A DNA stretch of 63,175 nt, counting the filler, from Lenisia limosa (Eukaryota > Protista > Breviatea): NCBI GenBank assembly GCA_001655205.1. It is 10 parts of 10 records of this genome, joined end to end, with 100 filler letters (N's around TTAATTAATTAA, not from the genome) between each part and the next. Parts side by side here need not be neighbours in the genome. Positions count along the whole stretch, not along the records: positions 39,236 to 41,319 come from LPNZ01011676.1; positions 41,420 to 46,849 come from LPNZ01007702.1; positions 46,950 to 53,199 come from LPNZ01004878.1; 7 more parts are not named here. The stretch is one strand, 5' to 3'. Positions 39,870-51,680 of the stretch are shown in pieces. The notes beneath the pieces were generated by a model. That model made no database searches. It worked only from the letters and a program-made list of their open reading frames with translations, and had not been told where the DNA came from. Position numbers and translations under genes: made by a program. Within the stretch, counting starts at the first letter, position 1; each line of letters opens with the position of its first letter.

Positions 39870-40945
39870 ACGATTCGGACACTGCGTACTATGTCGGCGC
39901 CTGAGTCAGCCGTTTTGGAGGCCGTCGTTACGGTCGCGTCTAAGATTAACGGAGTCAGAGCTTGTGAGGGGGGGGGNNNNNNNNNNNNNNNNNNNNNNNN
40001 NNNNNNNNNNNNNNNNNNNNNNNNNNNNNNNNNNNNNNNNNNNNNNNNNNNNNNNNNNNNNNNNNNNNNNNNNNNNNNNNNGATCTGCATCATGAGTATT
40101 TATACACTCAGAACCTTTGTTTCAGCCAGCTCATTTACGACTTTAGACACCGTTGAGTTAACCGACCCCGATAGTAACGTTGACCTTCCGATGGTGCTCT
40201 ACGACAAATATGACGTGATATGCGGACGATATAAGGCCTCAAATCCCATTATTCATAGGGTATGTTTCTTCCATGATGGACTGATACTGAGTGTTTCTGG
40301 GTGTTAATGGAGGGGTGCTGAGTGCTTCTACGTGCTAATTTGTTTTGTAATGTGGTGGACTGAAGGAATTCTTGTAAATTTCCGATTTGTTTTTTACCAT
40401 ATTATGGGGTGAATCAACCTCTTGGCCAAGTAATATTGATTACCCTGGGGGCGTTGCTTATTTTGGTTTTTTTCAAATATGATTCGTAAACTAGTGATGG
40501 GGGTTTTATATCATATTTTCCCCCCATGAAACCATTTTCCAGTATTCTTCATCGAATTTCCTTCTAAATCCCCTTCCATCATCATTCATACCTCTAAATC
40601 CCCTTCCATCATTCCTCTAAATCCCCTTCCATCATCATTTATACCTCTAAATCCACTTCCATCATCATTCATACCTTTTCGCCAATATTCTTCAATGAGC
40701 TGCAGAAGCGACTGGCCTGTGCTTTATTTGTTTTGTTGTTTTCAACCCTCGTGTGTTGCTAGCCAACAGAGTTGATTTGGAAGTTTCATAAACCTCAATT
40801 TTACACCCCAGGGTCGCAGTATAGTGGCGATAGGGCCTCAGCGGCTTCAAGCCTCGCACAACCTACCCACTTTGGTGCCTTCACCCGCATTCATAGCGCT
40901 GTTGTCCAGAATGGAGGTGGGAGCAAGGCTGACTACAAAGGTGCT
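39870..40945 (+). CDS. Unidentified multi-exon gene, possibly OB-fold
   Basis: Exons VLEAVVTVASKINGVRA, TVELTDPDSNVDLPMVLYDKYDVICGRYKASNPIIHR and FGAFTRIHSAVVQ with GT donors. The OB-fold resemblance (strand-D-strand) is by eye only. Confidence 0.35.
40555..40675. repeat. ~30-bp minisatellite, 4-5 copies
   Basis: cctctaaatccccttccatcatcattcata variants. Confidence 0.85.
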
Positions 40946-42499
40946 TTGTTTGTTAAGAATGAGAATGCGGTGAGGGAAGATTCCCATGTTTGTATTTTAG
41001 CTCAATAGCCTAACATTAGATTTTTTTCAACGACACTATCATTTGCCTAATTCACCACGAGCATTTGCCTTTTTAACAACACTAACTAAACTGATCATTT
41101 GCCTTAGGGTGGTCATCCAATATAAACCCCAGAAAACCCTAGATTTTTATTTTATTCAAGTTTAGCTGAAGTTTAGTGGGTGTTTTACCTAACTATACAA
41201 TACACTTTCAAAAAATATCCATAAAATTGAAAATTGTGAGATTTATTTTTTCACACACAACTGTCTCGGAAATATTTCAAAAAAACCTTCAAAATTTGGT
41301 GCTGGTTGCTTGAAAGCTTNNNNNNNNNNNNNNNNNNNNNNNNNNNNNNNNNNNNNNNNNNNNTTAATTAATTAANNNNNNNNNNNNNNNNNNNNNNNNN
41401 NNNNNNNNNNNNNNNNNNNAAAGGGGAAGCTTGCTCAAGAAAACTTCCATCTTGGATACTGTCAAGCCTGGATGAATGAATGAATGAATATTAATATTAA
41501 TATTTTATTGTGTCTCAAAAATGTTCTCCAGAGGATTCTGGGGGCTCTATCCCAAATGCCCGTGGAAATGAGCTGCAAATCAGCAGAATATAAACAAAAA
41601 TGAATCAAAAAACTGTTCGATTTTGGACATCATAATGTTCAGATCGTATTCTAGGTAGTATTGTATGATTGTATGGGGGAGGCAAGCAGAAAACTGTACA
41701 AAGAGTTATTGGCAAATGATTGGATGAATTATTACTATACTTAATCAAATAACTCTTATTTCTCATCTCTACATATTTTAAGTTTACGTTGCAAATGTGT
41801 TATTCATTTGAAAACAAGATAATGCACCAAATAAAATCTAGGAAAGCAAAAGAAGAAGCCCTCCCCATTGTTGGTTCTGAACAAGAACACGCTTCAGTTA
41901 ACAACCCCCCCCCCCNNNNNNNNNNNNNNNNNNNNNNNNNNNNNNNNNNNNNNNNNNNNNNNNNNNNCAACAAAGACAAACAACACTCTAGGGGTATAAA
42001 TATAATAAGCTGAGAGCTGTTCTTGGAGTGAAGAAATGAAGAAACTTGATCACAAAGTGGTCAGGGGTTTGTATTTCTTCTTATAAAAAGTACAATGCCT
42101 CCATGTCCATGTGTTAAAACTCGTTAAAAACCCCGAAAAAACCCACAAATAACCTTTGAAAGGCGGTGGAGAAATACAAGAGGAAGCAAGAGGGGAGCAA
42201 CGGTTAACTGTCGGATGAATGTTTTCAGCAGGGCGGGGCCGGGCTATTGTCTCTTTCTCCGTTTCACTGGTTTGGAGAATTTGTTTTAATTAATTTACGC
42301 AGATTTGCAGAGAAAAAGACAAGGAGAGAGGCCAGGAAAACGCAAAATCCACTATTAAGTTATCTTTTTCTGGGGATTCTAACGAGCAGTTTTTCATATT
42401 AAAGAATTTGCTGGATTGTCAAAGATATAAGACCGTTTTGATGGTGTATCCAGCACCAGTCGAAACACCGGAAATAGACGTGTATTCATAGCGGCAAGG

Positions 42500-45400
42500 A
42501 TGAAGTTCGGGCGCAAGAAGGACACAAGCCATGGGCACCTCCCCTCTGCAGCCATCCCTCCTTCCAGCTCGCCTTATCTCAGTGCTCAGGCTGGAGGAGG
42601 AACTTCAAGCGAAAACACTTCTCCCGCGATCTCCTCTAATCACTCCCCCACCGCCAAGCACTTCAGCACGATCGTGGAAGGCAACATCATCGAAGGCAGC
42701 CAGAAGCTCGATATCCACATGGAGGGCGTGAACTTTAGCGTTAACGGTTTTGAGATTCTGCATGACGCGATTCTCAACATCAAGTTTGGCTGCAAGTACG
42801 CGCTAGTCGGAGTCAATGGTAGGCTGGTTTGATTTAAATTGACATGGCTTGTGCCATATATCTTGTGTCAAATTTATGATAAGCTGGTATATGATACGTT
42901 CTAATTGATTATATCATATTCAATACTGTGTTAGTATTGATTTGCAGTTTTGAGAACGTTTTGCTTGTTTTATATGGCAGCGGTGCTATGTCACATGCTA
43001 TGTAACAGTATGTCGTTTTCAATAGTATGCAGTAAAACACTATGTCTAGGGCGTCACTTCGGTTCGAAAAAAGACTGAATTTCTCGATAAATCCTCGAAA
43101 ACTATCGATATTTTACCGATCGTTTTCGGACCGAAGTCATAGCAATGTCACATCTTAAATTCACTGATAAGCTGGTGTACTATAGCATGTTGTCTCAGCA
43201 ATGGTATACCGGTAATAGCGACATGCGCGAATCAATTAAACGGTTAACATTTATATTGCAATCAAATGTCAACAGTAGGCTAGCTCAGTATTGTTTAGCA
43301 AGAGATGTACTCTAGCATAGCTGTACATGTATTTGTGGCATGTTATATTCTATGAATGGTATATCTCATGTCATATTCAACAATAGCTGTATATGTGCTA
43401 TGTCTCATAAATATTAAGATACGATTAATAGTACGGTAGTAGTATGTCTATTACAACTTAGGCTATTAAATTCTATCATTTCACATACTTTCTCCGCATT
43501 GTTCAATGCCCTTTGGTATAAACCTCACAATTCTGCAATCAATGAACTCACCACCAGGTTGTGGCAAGTCAACATTGCTCAAGGCCCTTGCCGACGGGAT
43601 GTTCCCGTTACCGACTGATATGTCGGTTGGATTCTGGATGCCCCAGACGGCGGCGTACACTGAAANNNNNNNNNNNNNNNNNNNNNNNNNNNNNNNNNNN
43701 NNNNNNNNNNNNNNNNNNNNNNNNNNNNNNNNNNNNNNNNNNNNNNNNNNNNNNNNNNNNNNNNNNNNNNNNNNNNNNNNNNNNNNNNNNNNNNNNNNNN
43801 NNNNNAAAGGGGGGTGTACACTGAAAAGCGGTGCGGGGGTATTATATAAGATATTGCATTCACATACAGTGACGGGACAAGTCTTGTCCTATTTTCCTTT
43901 GGAAATCATGTGCTATAGCAAATCGGCCAAGACTTATCCCGGTCACCGGGTATAATATAATTTCTGAACAGTGGGGTGTACACTGAAAGTGGGAGGGGGT
44001 AATATGATATGATTTTGGGTATGAGAATTTGAAAAGTGTGGGGAGAGGGGGGGGGGTTGAGTACATAATGACATGATAGTATATGAGTGACCCACGTGAT
44101 CATTCATTTTTACAAGTCAAAATTGACGATACAGACTGACCGTAGACGCCTTGATGGACGAGTTACAGAGGGAGCGGGAGAGACTGGAGCTGAAGGGCGA
44201 GATCGCCTTGGATCGCGAGGGACCCGAGTCCGACATTTACCAGCTTGGTGGGCGGGGGGTATAAACATATAACAATTAGTTGTTAGTATTGAGGCAACAA
44301 CGTCCAGTATTTACCGGCTTGGTTATTATACTGTTAGCTATTGGGGAGGGCGGGTAAAGTCCAACATTCACCAGCTTGGTGGAGGTTATACATCTTGGTG
44401 ATTGTGTGGGTGTTTACCTGGTTGACCTATTTATGTAAATACCTGGTAAGCCCCGTTATAATCCCGTATTTACCTCGACAGTGCAGAGCCGTTTAGAGCT
44501 CCTGTCATCTTACACCAAAAAAGACGCCATGGTAGGGGGGGGGGGGNNNNNNNNNNNNNNNNNNNNNNNNNNNNNNNNNNNNNNNNNNNNNNNNNNNNNN
44601 NNNNNNNNNNNNNNNNNNNNNNNNNNNNNNNNNNNNNNNNNNNNNNNNNNNNNNNNNNCTCATTCTGTTAAACAAACGAGAGCTTCATTTTGTTTTTTAA
44701 AAAGACTGAATTCTCGATAAATCCTCTATAAATATAATATTTTGTCAATCTTTTGGAAAAGAAAGTGAAACATAAAACAATCCATAACCAATTGCAGTAC
44801 ATCCTCGAAGGTCTCAGTTTGCCAATAGATGTACCTGTCAAAGACCTCACAACAAGGTGGGTGGAGGGACTGGTGGTGATGATGGTGGTTATGATTGTGA
44901 TAATGATGATAATGATGATTCTTCCATAAACCTCCATTTTTCACCCTGGCAGTTGGCGTCGACGTGCAGCTCTCGCGCGCACCCTTTTTGTACGCCCCAC
45001 GCTCCTCCTCCTCGACAACCCCACTGTCACTTTAGATCCCCTTTCAATGGTTTCTGGGGCTCCGCCGGTGATTCGTTATTCGGGAGAGGATGTGGTTGCT
45101 CATTTCTACAAATATTATTTATTGCCAATTGCAACTTACACAAATGTATAAGTTGCTCATTTCTACAAATTCACTAAATTTTCACCTTCAGTCCCCAGAA
45201 AGACTGAATCAACAATAAATCCTTGAAAAATATCGATATTTTTTCACCTTAGGGGAAAGTGAAACCCCAATTAGTATTCACTTGTGTTCCAAAAGGTGAA
45301 AAATCACAGTACTTCTTAGGATTTATCGAGGATTTCCTGAGGATTTATCTAGGATTTACTGAAGATTTATCGAGGATTTATCAAAGAAAAATCGATACTT

Positions 45401-45526
45401 CTTAAGGATTTATTGAGGATTCAGTCTTTTTGGGTACCGAAAGTGAGACGCTATTATTCACCCGTTCAGGTTTGGCTGGAAGACTACCTTGTCCGCTACA
45501 AGTCGACAGTCATTGTGTTCTCTCCG
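42500..45526 (+). CDS. ABCF-like soluble ABC protein, first NBD with degenerate catalytic motifs; 3' part unresolved
   Basis: Spliced: KFGCKYALVGVNG|CGKSTLLKAL (Walker A) ... YILEGLSLPIDVPVKDLTTS|WRRRAALARTLFVRPTLLLLDNPTVTLDPLSM|VWLEDYLVRYKSTVIVFSP, colinear with ABCF NBD1. Confidence 0.85.
43049..43138. mobile_element. MITE family 1 copy (ABCF intron 1)
   Basis: TA-GGGCGTCACTTCGGTTCGAAAAAAGACTGAATTTCTCG...CGGACCGAAGTCA-TA. Confidence 0.88.
43867..43950. mobile_element. MITE family 2 copy (ABCF intron)
   Basis: TA-CAGTGACGGGACAAGTCTTGTCC...GGCCAAGACTTATCCCGGTCACCG. Confidence 0.7.
45175..45451. mobile_element. Two adjacent degenerate MITE family 1 copies; the second has an amplified internal AGGATTTATCG subrepeat
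   Basis: Core matches at 45195-45268 and, in opposite orientation, 45310-45451 with about 7 AGGATTT units. Confidence 0.75.
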
Positions 45527-46195
45527 TATACAGTAGCCAGGGATGCGCTGGTTATGAAACAAAACAACCCAGAATCAACTCTGTTGCTGAATATTAAACC
45601 TACTTGCCTATACTTTCTTCATACAATTATAACAGCAATTCGGTGAAGGATTGATTTTTTTGGAACAAAGTTTGAGTCCTTGATAAATATGGATATTGTC
45701 TTGGTCTTTTTTAACTTGTATATTTTGGGTTAGTTTATGAGTTTTGTAGTTTGCTTTCACTTTCCCCCAATTTTTCCTCTGAATATATAGGTATTGTATA
45801 TATATTAGCTATAGTGTATCTACACTATATTATATATACATATCATTTGTTTTAGTGTCAACATCCACAAACTAAAAACCTGAGGAAAAGGAAAAGAGTA
45901 GCTAACCCCACAGCTCTGCTGTCAGAAATATGCCAAATAATTTCAAGCAAGCAGAAGATGCTTGAAAGGCCAACCAAAGGTGAAATCAAAGAAATCACTG
46001 GCAACCTGTAGAAGCCTCTTTAAGGAGTTTTCAAGACGTTTTCTAGCTTATAGAGCGTGGGATTCAAAAATTGTCTTAAAACACAATTTTTTCAAAACCG
46101 TAAATATTTAACAGGACCAGTAGTTGTATCACGCGTTCCTCCTTGATCTATAGACCAATCGTCACAACAGTTTCATGCTAATAAGTGTAATAATT

Positions 46196-46627
46196 TCATT
46201 TATTTGAAAAGGATGAGCTGACCTCTAAACGTTGCTGAAATGCCGTTCCAGCGAGTCGTTGGTCAGCTTCGTCCAAGCTACCCAGGTAAATCTCTGTTTT
46301 TGAAACAAGAGAAATAATATCCATTAGAAATTTAGGGAAACAAATAAATACCATAAACAAATTACCATGCCACCTCCCACGGATCGCCAAATAAATACTG
46401 TCAATACCGACCTTAGCTTTTCAGGTAAATTGAAGATCATTGCTTGATCCAATGTCACTATACATTAATACATCCCATACTTCCTTGGGATACTCCCCGG
46501 TGACATGAAAAGCCCCCCTCTGAGGTTTTAAATCCTCCCCGTTGGTCCGTGAGAGCATTGGCGGCGAGATTTCCTTTCTTAGCATGAGGGAAATCCAAAG
46601 TTCCAAAACCCAACCTTTCAGGATCAT
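46196..46627 (-). CDS. Possible exons of an unidentified gene
   Basis: Protein-like segments GEDLKPQRGAFHVTGEYPKEVWD and LGSLDEADQRLAGTAFQQRLE; splicing not resolved. Confidence 0.25.
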
Positions 46628-47337
46628 CAGGTTCCCCCTTTCTAAGTTACAACAACTCCTGCTCAGTATTAATTGATCCTTGACTCATTTTTGTTTGTTG
46701 TTATGGGGTATTTTAACGGTCCTTTTTGGATCATAGGGTTTATGGATGATGCTACCTTTTTTCGCTCCTTTCGACCCAAATACAGTTGATAGTATATAGC
46801 AATGATAAATACAAAAAAGGTCCTATCTGGCCGAAACCGTCCACACCATNNNNNNNNNNNNNNNNNNNNNNNNNNNNNNNNNNNNNNNNNNNNTTAATTA
46901 ATTAANNNNNNNNNNNNNNNNNNNNNNNNNNNNNNNNNNNNNNNNNNNNATCATAAATGACACGGTTTCTCATAAATGACACGGTTTCCGTGCAGCAGCA
47001 TATAGTATAAATAAAAATTATCCACTTTTTCGTTTCAACCCCCCTCCCCCCTCTCTCTGTGTATTTATTATATGCATGTATTCTACCATAACATCGAACT
47101 TATTCTAAAGGCAAATTGTTATCCTATCTTTTTTTGCTTTATAGTGACACCAAAGTATGAACTCATATTTTACTACATTAAAAGAACTGATTCAAAAAGG
47201 AAAAAAAAAAACACCAAAAAAAGTGGGAAAAAAAAAAGNNNNNNNNNNNNNNNNNNNNNNNNNNNNNNNNNNNNNNNNNNNNNNNNNNNNNNNNNNNNNN
47301 NNNNNNNNNNNNNNNNNNNNNNNNNNNNNNNNNNNNN

Positions 47338-48812
47338 TATGGACATGGCTCATCATCGTCAAGTTCGAGCGACAGAGCCCATCCTCCTCCACCCTGGAGT
47401 GTGAGTTGATTGCTAAAACGAAAGCTATTCTTCTTGGAGTCAACGTATCGAAGAGTTGGATCCATCAAACCTGATGCGTGAGCTTCAGGTGCTTCGCTTT
47501 GTGGCCGAGTTTTTTCCTATTCGGTTAACGTCTTATTAAATGGAAAATGGAACGATTATACTTATCAATATGATATGATATGTAGAAATGAGAAATAAAA
47601 TAGGAAGCACACACACAGCCCATGTTTTGGATGTCGATTGAACCAATGTATTGAAGTACCCAGACGTGTTTGAGATACACATCAACAAAATATCATCACC
47701 AGGTTTCTTGTAATATTCCCTCGACACGTTTGGAACCAAAATTGAATCTCTTGTTAAACCCCGACATACTGCAGGAAATAGACCTTAATTTCGTAATACG
47801 CGTATTGAAGAGCAAAAATCAAGTCCGATGTACAGAAATATCCGGCAGTCAAAATCTAAAACAATAAAATAAAACTGCAGTATTTTTGGAATATTCAAAA
47901 TCTGCCATGATTCAGTATTCGATGCACTAAAATGGCCACGTAAACTTGTAAACAGTTCTCTCCCACATACAACAGTAATGTACTGGTGTGTGATAAGTGC
48001 ACCAATGAAGTTTGAGGCATCACCTATAAAATATCAATCAGTGGGGGGGGGGGGGCAGNNNNNNNNNNNNNNNNNNNNNNNNNNNNNNNNNNNNNNNNNN
48101 NNNNNNNNNNNNNNNNNNNNNNNNNNNNNGATATTTTTGTTTTAAACAGTAACTTCTTTTTTTTTTAGAAAAAACAACTCATCTTTTGGTACAAAAATAA
48201 AGCTCTCAAAAAAGCCCAAAACGCCCAGGCAGTACAGCTTCATTTTCGACAAAACATGTTTAAAACCATAAGTGAATCTCCTCCCAGCATACCTCCAACA
48301 AAGAACAGCAGAAAGAAGGGCGAAAGACCATCAGCACGCTGTCGCTTGTAGTTGAGGATCAGTTGAGGGGCAGTGGCTACGGCCCAACAGCAGAGTGACA
48401 TGCGATCTCATTTTGACGGTCATAGACGCACTGGATTCATGAATTGAACAAATCTAATATTCTATTATATGTACTCTTCGAATGTTTGAAAGCCTCTAAT
48501 TAAGGCTTCACTTTGGATGTAAATAGAACTCAGCTCAGCTTAGAGAACAAGATAAATATATAATAAGGCGGGGAGGCATGCAGAAATGCAAATGATGAGG
48601 TGAACTTAGCATACTATAATTAATTCTTATGAGTGCGCTGGAGCGGACCGTTTTGGCTAGATTCTGCCCATTTATCTCTCCAAAAAAAATGCGCGGAAAT
48701 GAGAGCAAACTCCCTCCCCCAATCTTTGAGCACGTGCATATATACCAATACCTCCACAAACCTCATTGAGGTACGTTTCTATCCACTGCGTTGCTCCAGG
48801 ATCACAACCCAT
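47338..48812 (-). CDS. PQ-loop repeat lysosomal amino-acid transporter, PQLC2/SLC66A1-like; 3' end in gap
   Basis: MGCDPGATQWIETYLNE|CVYDRQNEI..., SLCCWAVATAPQLILNYKRQRADGLSPFFLLFFVG|GDASNFIGALITHQ and ILTAGYFCTSDL. One frame discontinuity near 48400. Confidence 0.8.
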
Positions 48813-49595
48813 TGTAAAATTGTCTAAAATAAAAAGAATTCAATTCAATTCCAAGATCATTTCAAAAGGCCTAGGGGGCCGCAGGCCTAGGGCTTGTGGC
48901 AAAATCATAAGGTAGCAGGGAAATCTTAATAAATTTCATATAAATAAGTACATTTTTCAATTTTATATACATTTATAGTGTAGTTGAGAGCAAGAGTACT
49001 GAGCTTGAAAATTCAGGTAGTATATAGACCCTAAGTGCTTGACGCCTTTTCCACGTCCAAGAAACAAGCCAAGAAGTGTGATATTCAAGGACTTAAAGTC
49101 TGAACCACATTTATTTGGTTAGTGCGATTGTTTCAATCTCTTTTTCCGTATTTTGCATAGTTGTCTCCACACAAAAACAGCTCGACAATCATCATGTCTA
49201 AGTCAGATTTGTTATGACAGTTTTATCTTCTTGTGGTGATAATAATCGTTGGTACTTTTTTTTCTCTGATCTCTGTGTACTTATATTGTCCAAAATATGT
49301 TTCGAACTTTCCATTTGATTGTATATGTGCAAAATGTGTTTGTTTTTTTTTTGTTTTTTTTTTTTTTTTNNNNNNNNNNNNNNNNNNNNNNNNNNNNNNN
49401 NNNNNNNNNNNNNNNNNNNNNNNNNNNNNNNNNNNNNNNNNNNNNNNNNNNNNNNNNNNNNNNNNNNNNNNNNNNNNNNNNNNNNNNNNNNNNNNNNNNN
49501 NNNNNNNNNNNNNNNNNNNNNNNNNNNNNNNNNNNTTGCTTTCTTCTCTTTATTCCCTTAGGAAGCCCCGTAACGCCTACTACTTCATTGCTGCG

Positions 49596-51119
49596 ATGGA
49601 ACCTCGGAGACTATCAACCGGAGACATACAAAGATGTGGGGTCACTATATTATTGATGTATAATTATATTTGAGTGATATGATGTAATTGATGCTGCCAC
49701 TGTCCTGTTTTGTTACCATCCTTTCTCTAAAACTTGATTCTTGTTTTTCACTATTCAGGGAAACTTAAAGTGATTTTAGCTGTGTACTTCATGGTCACAC
49801 TTTTGATCCCTCTCCCCACTTGGATACCCTTTAGGTATTCCAATGAAGTCGTCTTTTTTGCGGCATTAGTTCACTCCACGGTTTTATCTGACTGCAAAGC
49901 CATCTCCAAGCATTTTTGGAACTCTAGCACCTCAGCAAATGGTTTGCGTAATTGTTTTTTGTCGGTGGTCACTTTATTTATACTACGTCTAAAAAATAAA
50001 CTTGTATGTATGAGACCAAACATGCATCTTATAATATTTTCAGTTGTTCTGGCTGTAGCTGGTGTTTTCATGGTTACGAGCCTTGTATTAGAAGGCAGCA
50101 TGTCAACGCGCCTTATACTAGTGTCAGACACTGTGTTTTTGGTTTACAGCGGGCTGATCCCCAATCTTGTCGTTTCGATGACTCGCGTCCCACAGCTGAA
50201 TGAAGTAGAAGTTTCCAAAGGACTGCAGCCGAAAGAAGTAGAAGTAGAAGTTTCCAAAGGACTGCAGCCGAAAGAAGTAAAACCTGACGGTGAAGTTAAA
50301 AGTAAGCTCTGTTTGTCAGTTAGAATAACCAAATATTGACAATCATCTTTAAATAGTCCATATGCATATGTTATCAACTGCGATACATCTCCATAAAGCA
50401 GTTTTACCATCGCAGAACCAGCGTGTCTGAACAGTTTGTCTATTGACGGAATCGCCAGTCGTAAATTGCCAACTCTTTTAGTAGAAGTCAAAGACAGATA
50501 CTATACTGCTCTTGGTAAGGTTATCATTAACTTTATGCAATTTCAATCATATTGAAATACTCATATCTTTATTCAAATGCAATCATGTCATTTAGTGATA
50601 GATAATCTTGCATTTATCCATTGGATTTCTTTTCGTTTTGATTAATCTAATCCTTTATTTAATATTCTCATCCTTTATTAATAATCCTTTATTAAGTATT
50701 CTAACAATTTTTTAATTACTCTAACATATTTCCTCACAATTTACTAAGCATCCAGTCGATACCGGGGCTCAGTGTTCAATAGCTGACTCAAATAATGTAA
50801 GTGCCATATTTTGTAGTTTATGTAACAAATGGTATTATATTAATGATACTATGAATCAGTTACATTGCAGTTTGATGTTCCGGACAAATCAAATACGTAC
50901 TCTGATACCATTTTCAGTCCTGTTAGTAAACAAGGGCAAACGTGTCCAGGTATGGTTGTGTATATTGGTAGATAATGTTCACTTTTTTTACTCGTTGTTT
51001 TACTCTTCGTTCTCAATTTGCCAGTGTTTTCTGCAAGCATTACAATTCACCGATTTGGAGAACCTCTTCGTTTGAGAGTTTCCTTTTACTTCATGAATTT
51101 CACATTATCCTTGAAGTCA
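49596..51119 (+). CDS. Multi-pass membrane protein fused to a retropepsin-like (clan AA) aspartyl protease domain
   Basis: ORF 49734-50300 has at least 4 hydrophobic segments. In-frame splicing of exons 50416-50514, 50756-50796, 50871-50949 and 51025-51119 gives LPTLLVEVKDRYYTALV|DTGAQCSIADSNN...VFSASITIHRFG. Start codon uncertain. Confidence 0.6.
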
Positions 51120-51680
51120 GGTTTGCATGATGTGCCAGTAGTCAGCACTACATATTTTGTTTTGTTCCATATATCATGTAGCATTATATTGATATTATTT
51201 TATATATAAAGGTCCTAAATTTGGTCATTAATTCGAAATGCCGTCATTAATTCAAAATTGCTCCTCTTTTCCATTCTTCACCGAAAAAATGGTCAAATAC
51301 CATTTAAACATCATCAATAAATAGATAATTACAAAAAATAGAAGATTAAGAAGTTTTGGTTTTTGAAATATTTTTTTTTTTGCTGATCTCCAAGTGATCA
51401 TGTTGTCATTTTTTTTTTTTCGAATTTGCTATTTGGATATAATTTTACAATTATACAATTTTTTTTAGTGCTCTAATTGACGAAAGAGGTAAAAAATGGG
51501 GTTAACAGGTAAAAGCTGGATTNNNNNNNNNNNNNNNNNNNNNNNNNNNNNNNNNNNNNNNNNNNNNNNNNNNNNNNNNNNNNNNNNNNNNNNNNNNNNN
51601 NNNNNNTTGGTGGTTCCTTTTTACTCTTAAACAACGACTCCAGACCAAAACGGCAGGCTTGTACCTGATCCCTTATTTAC

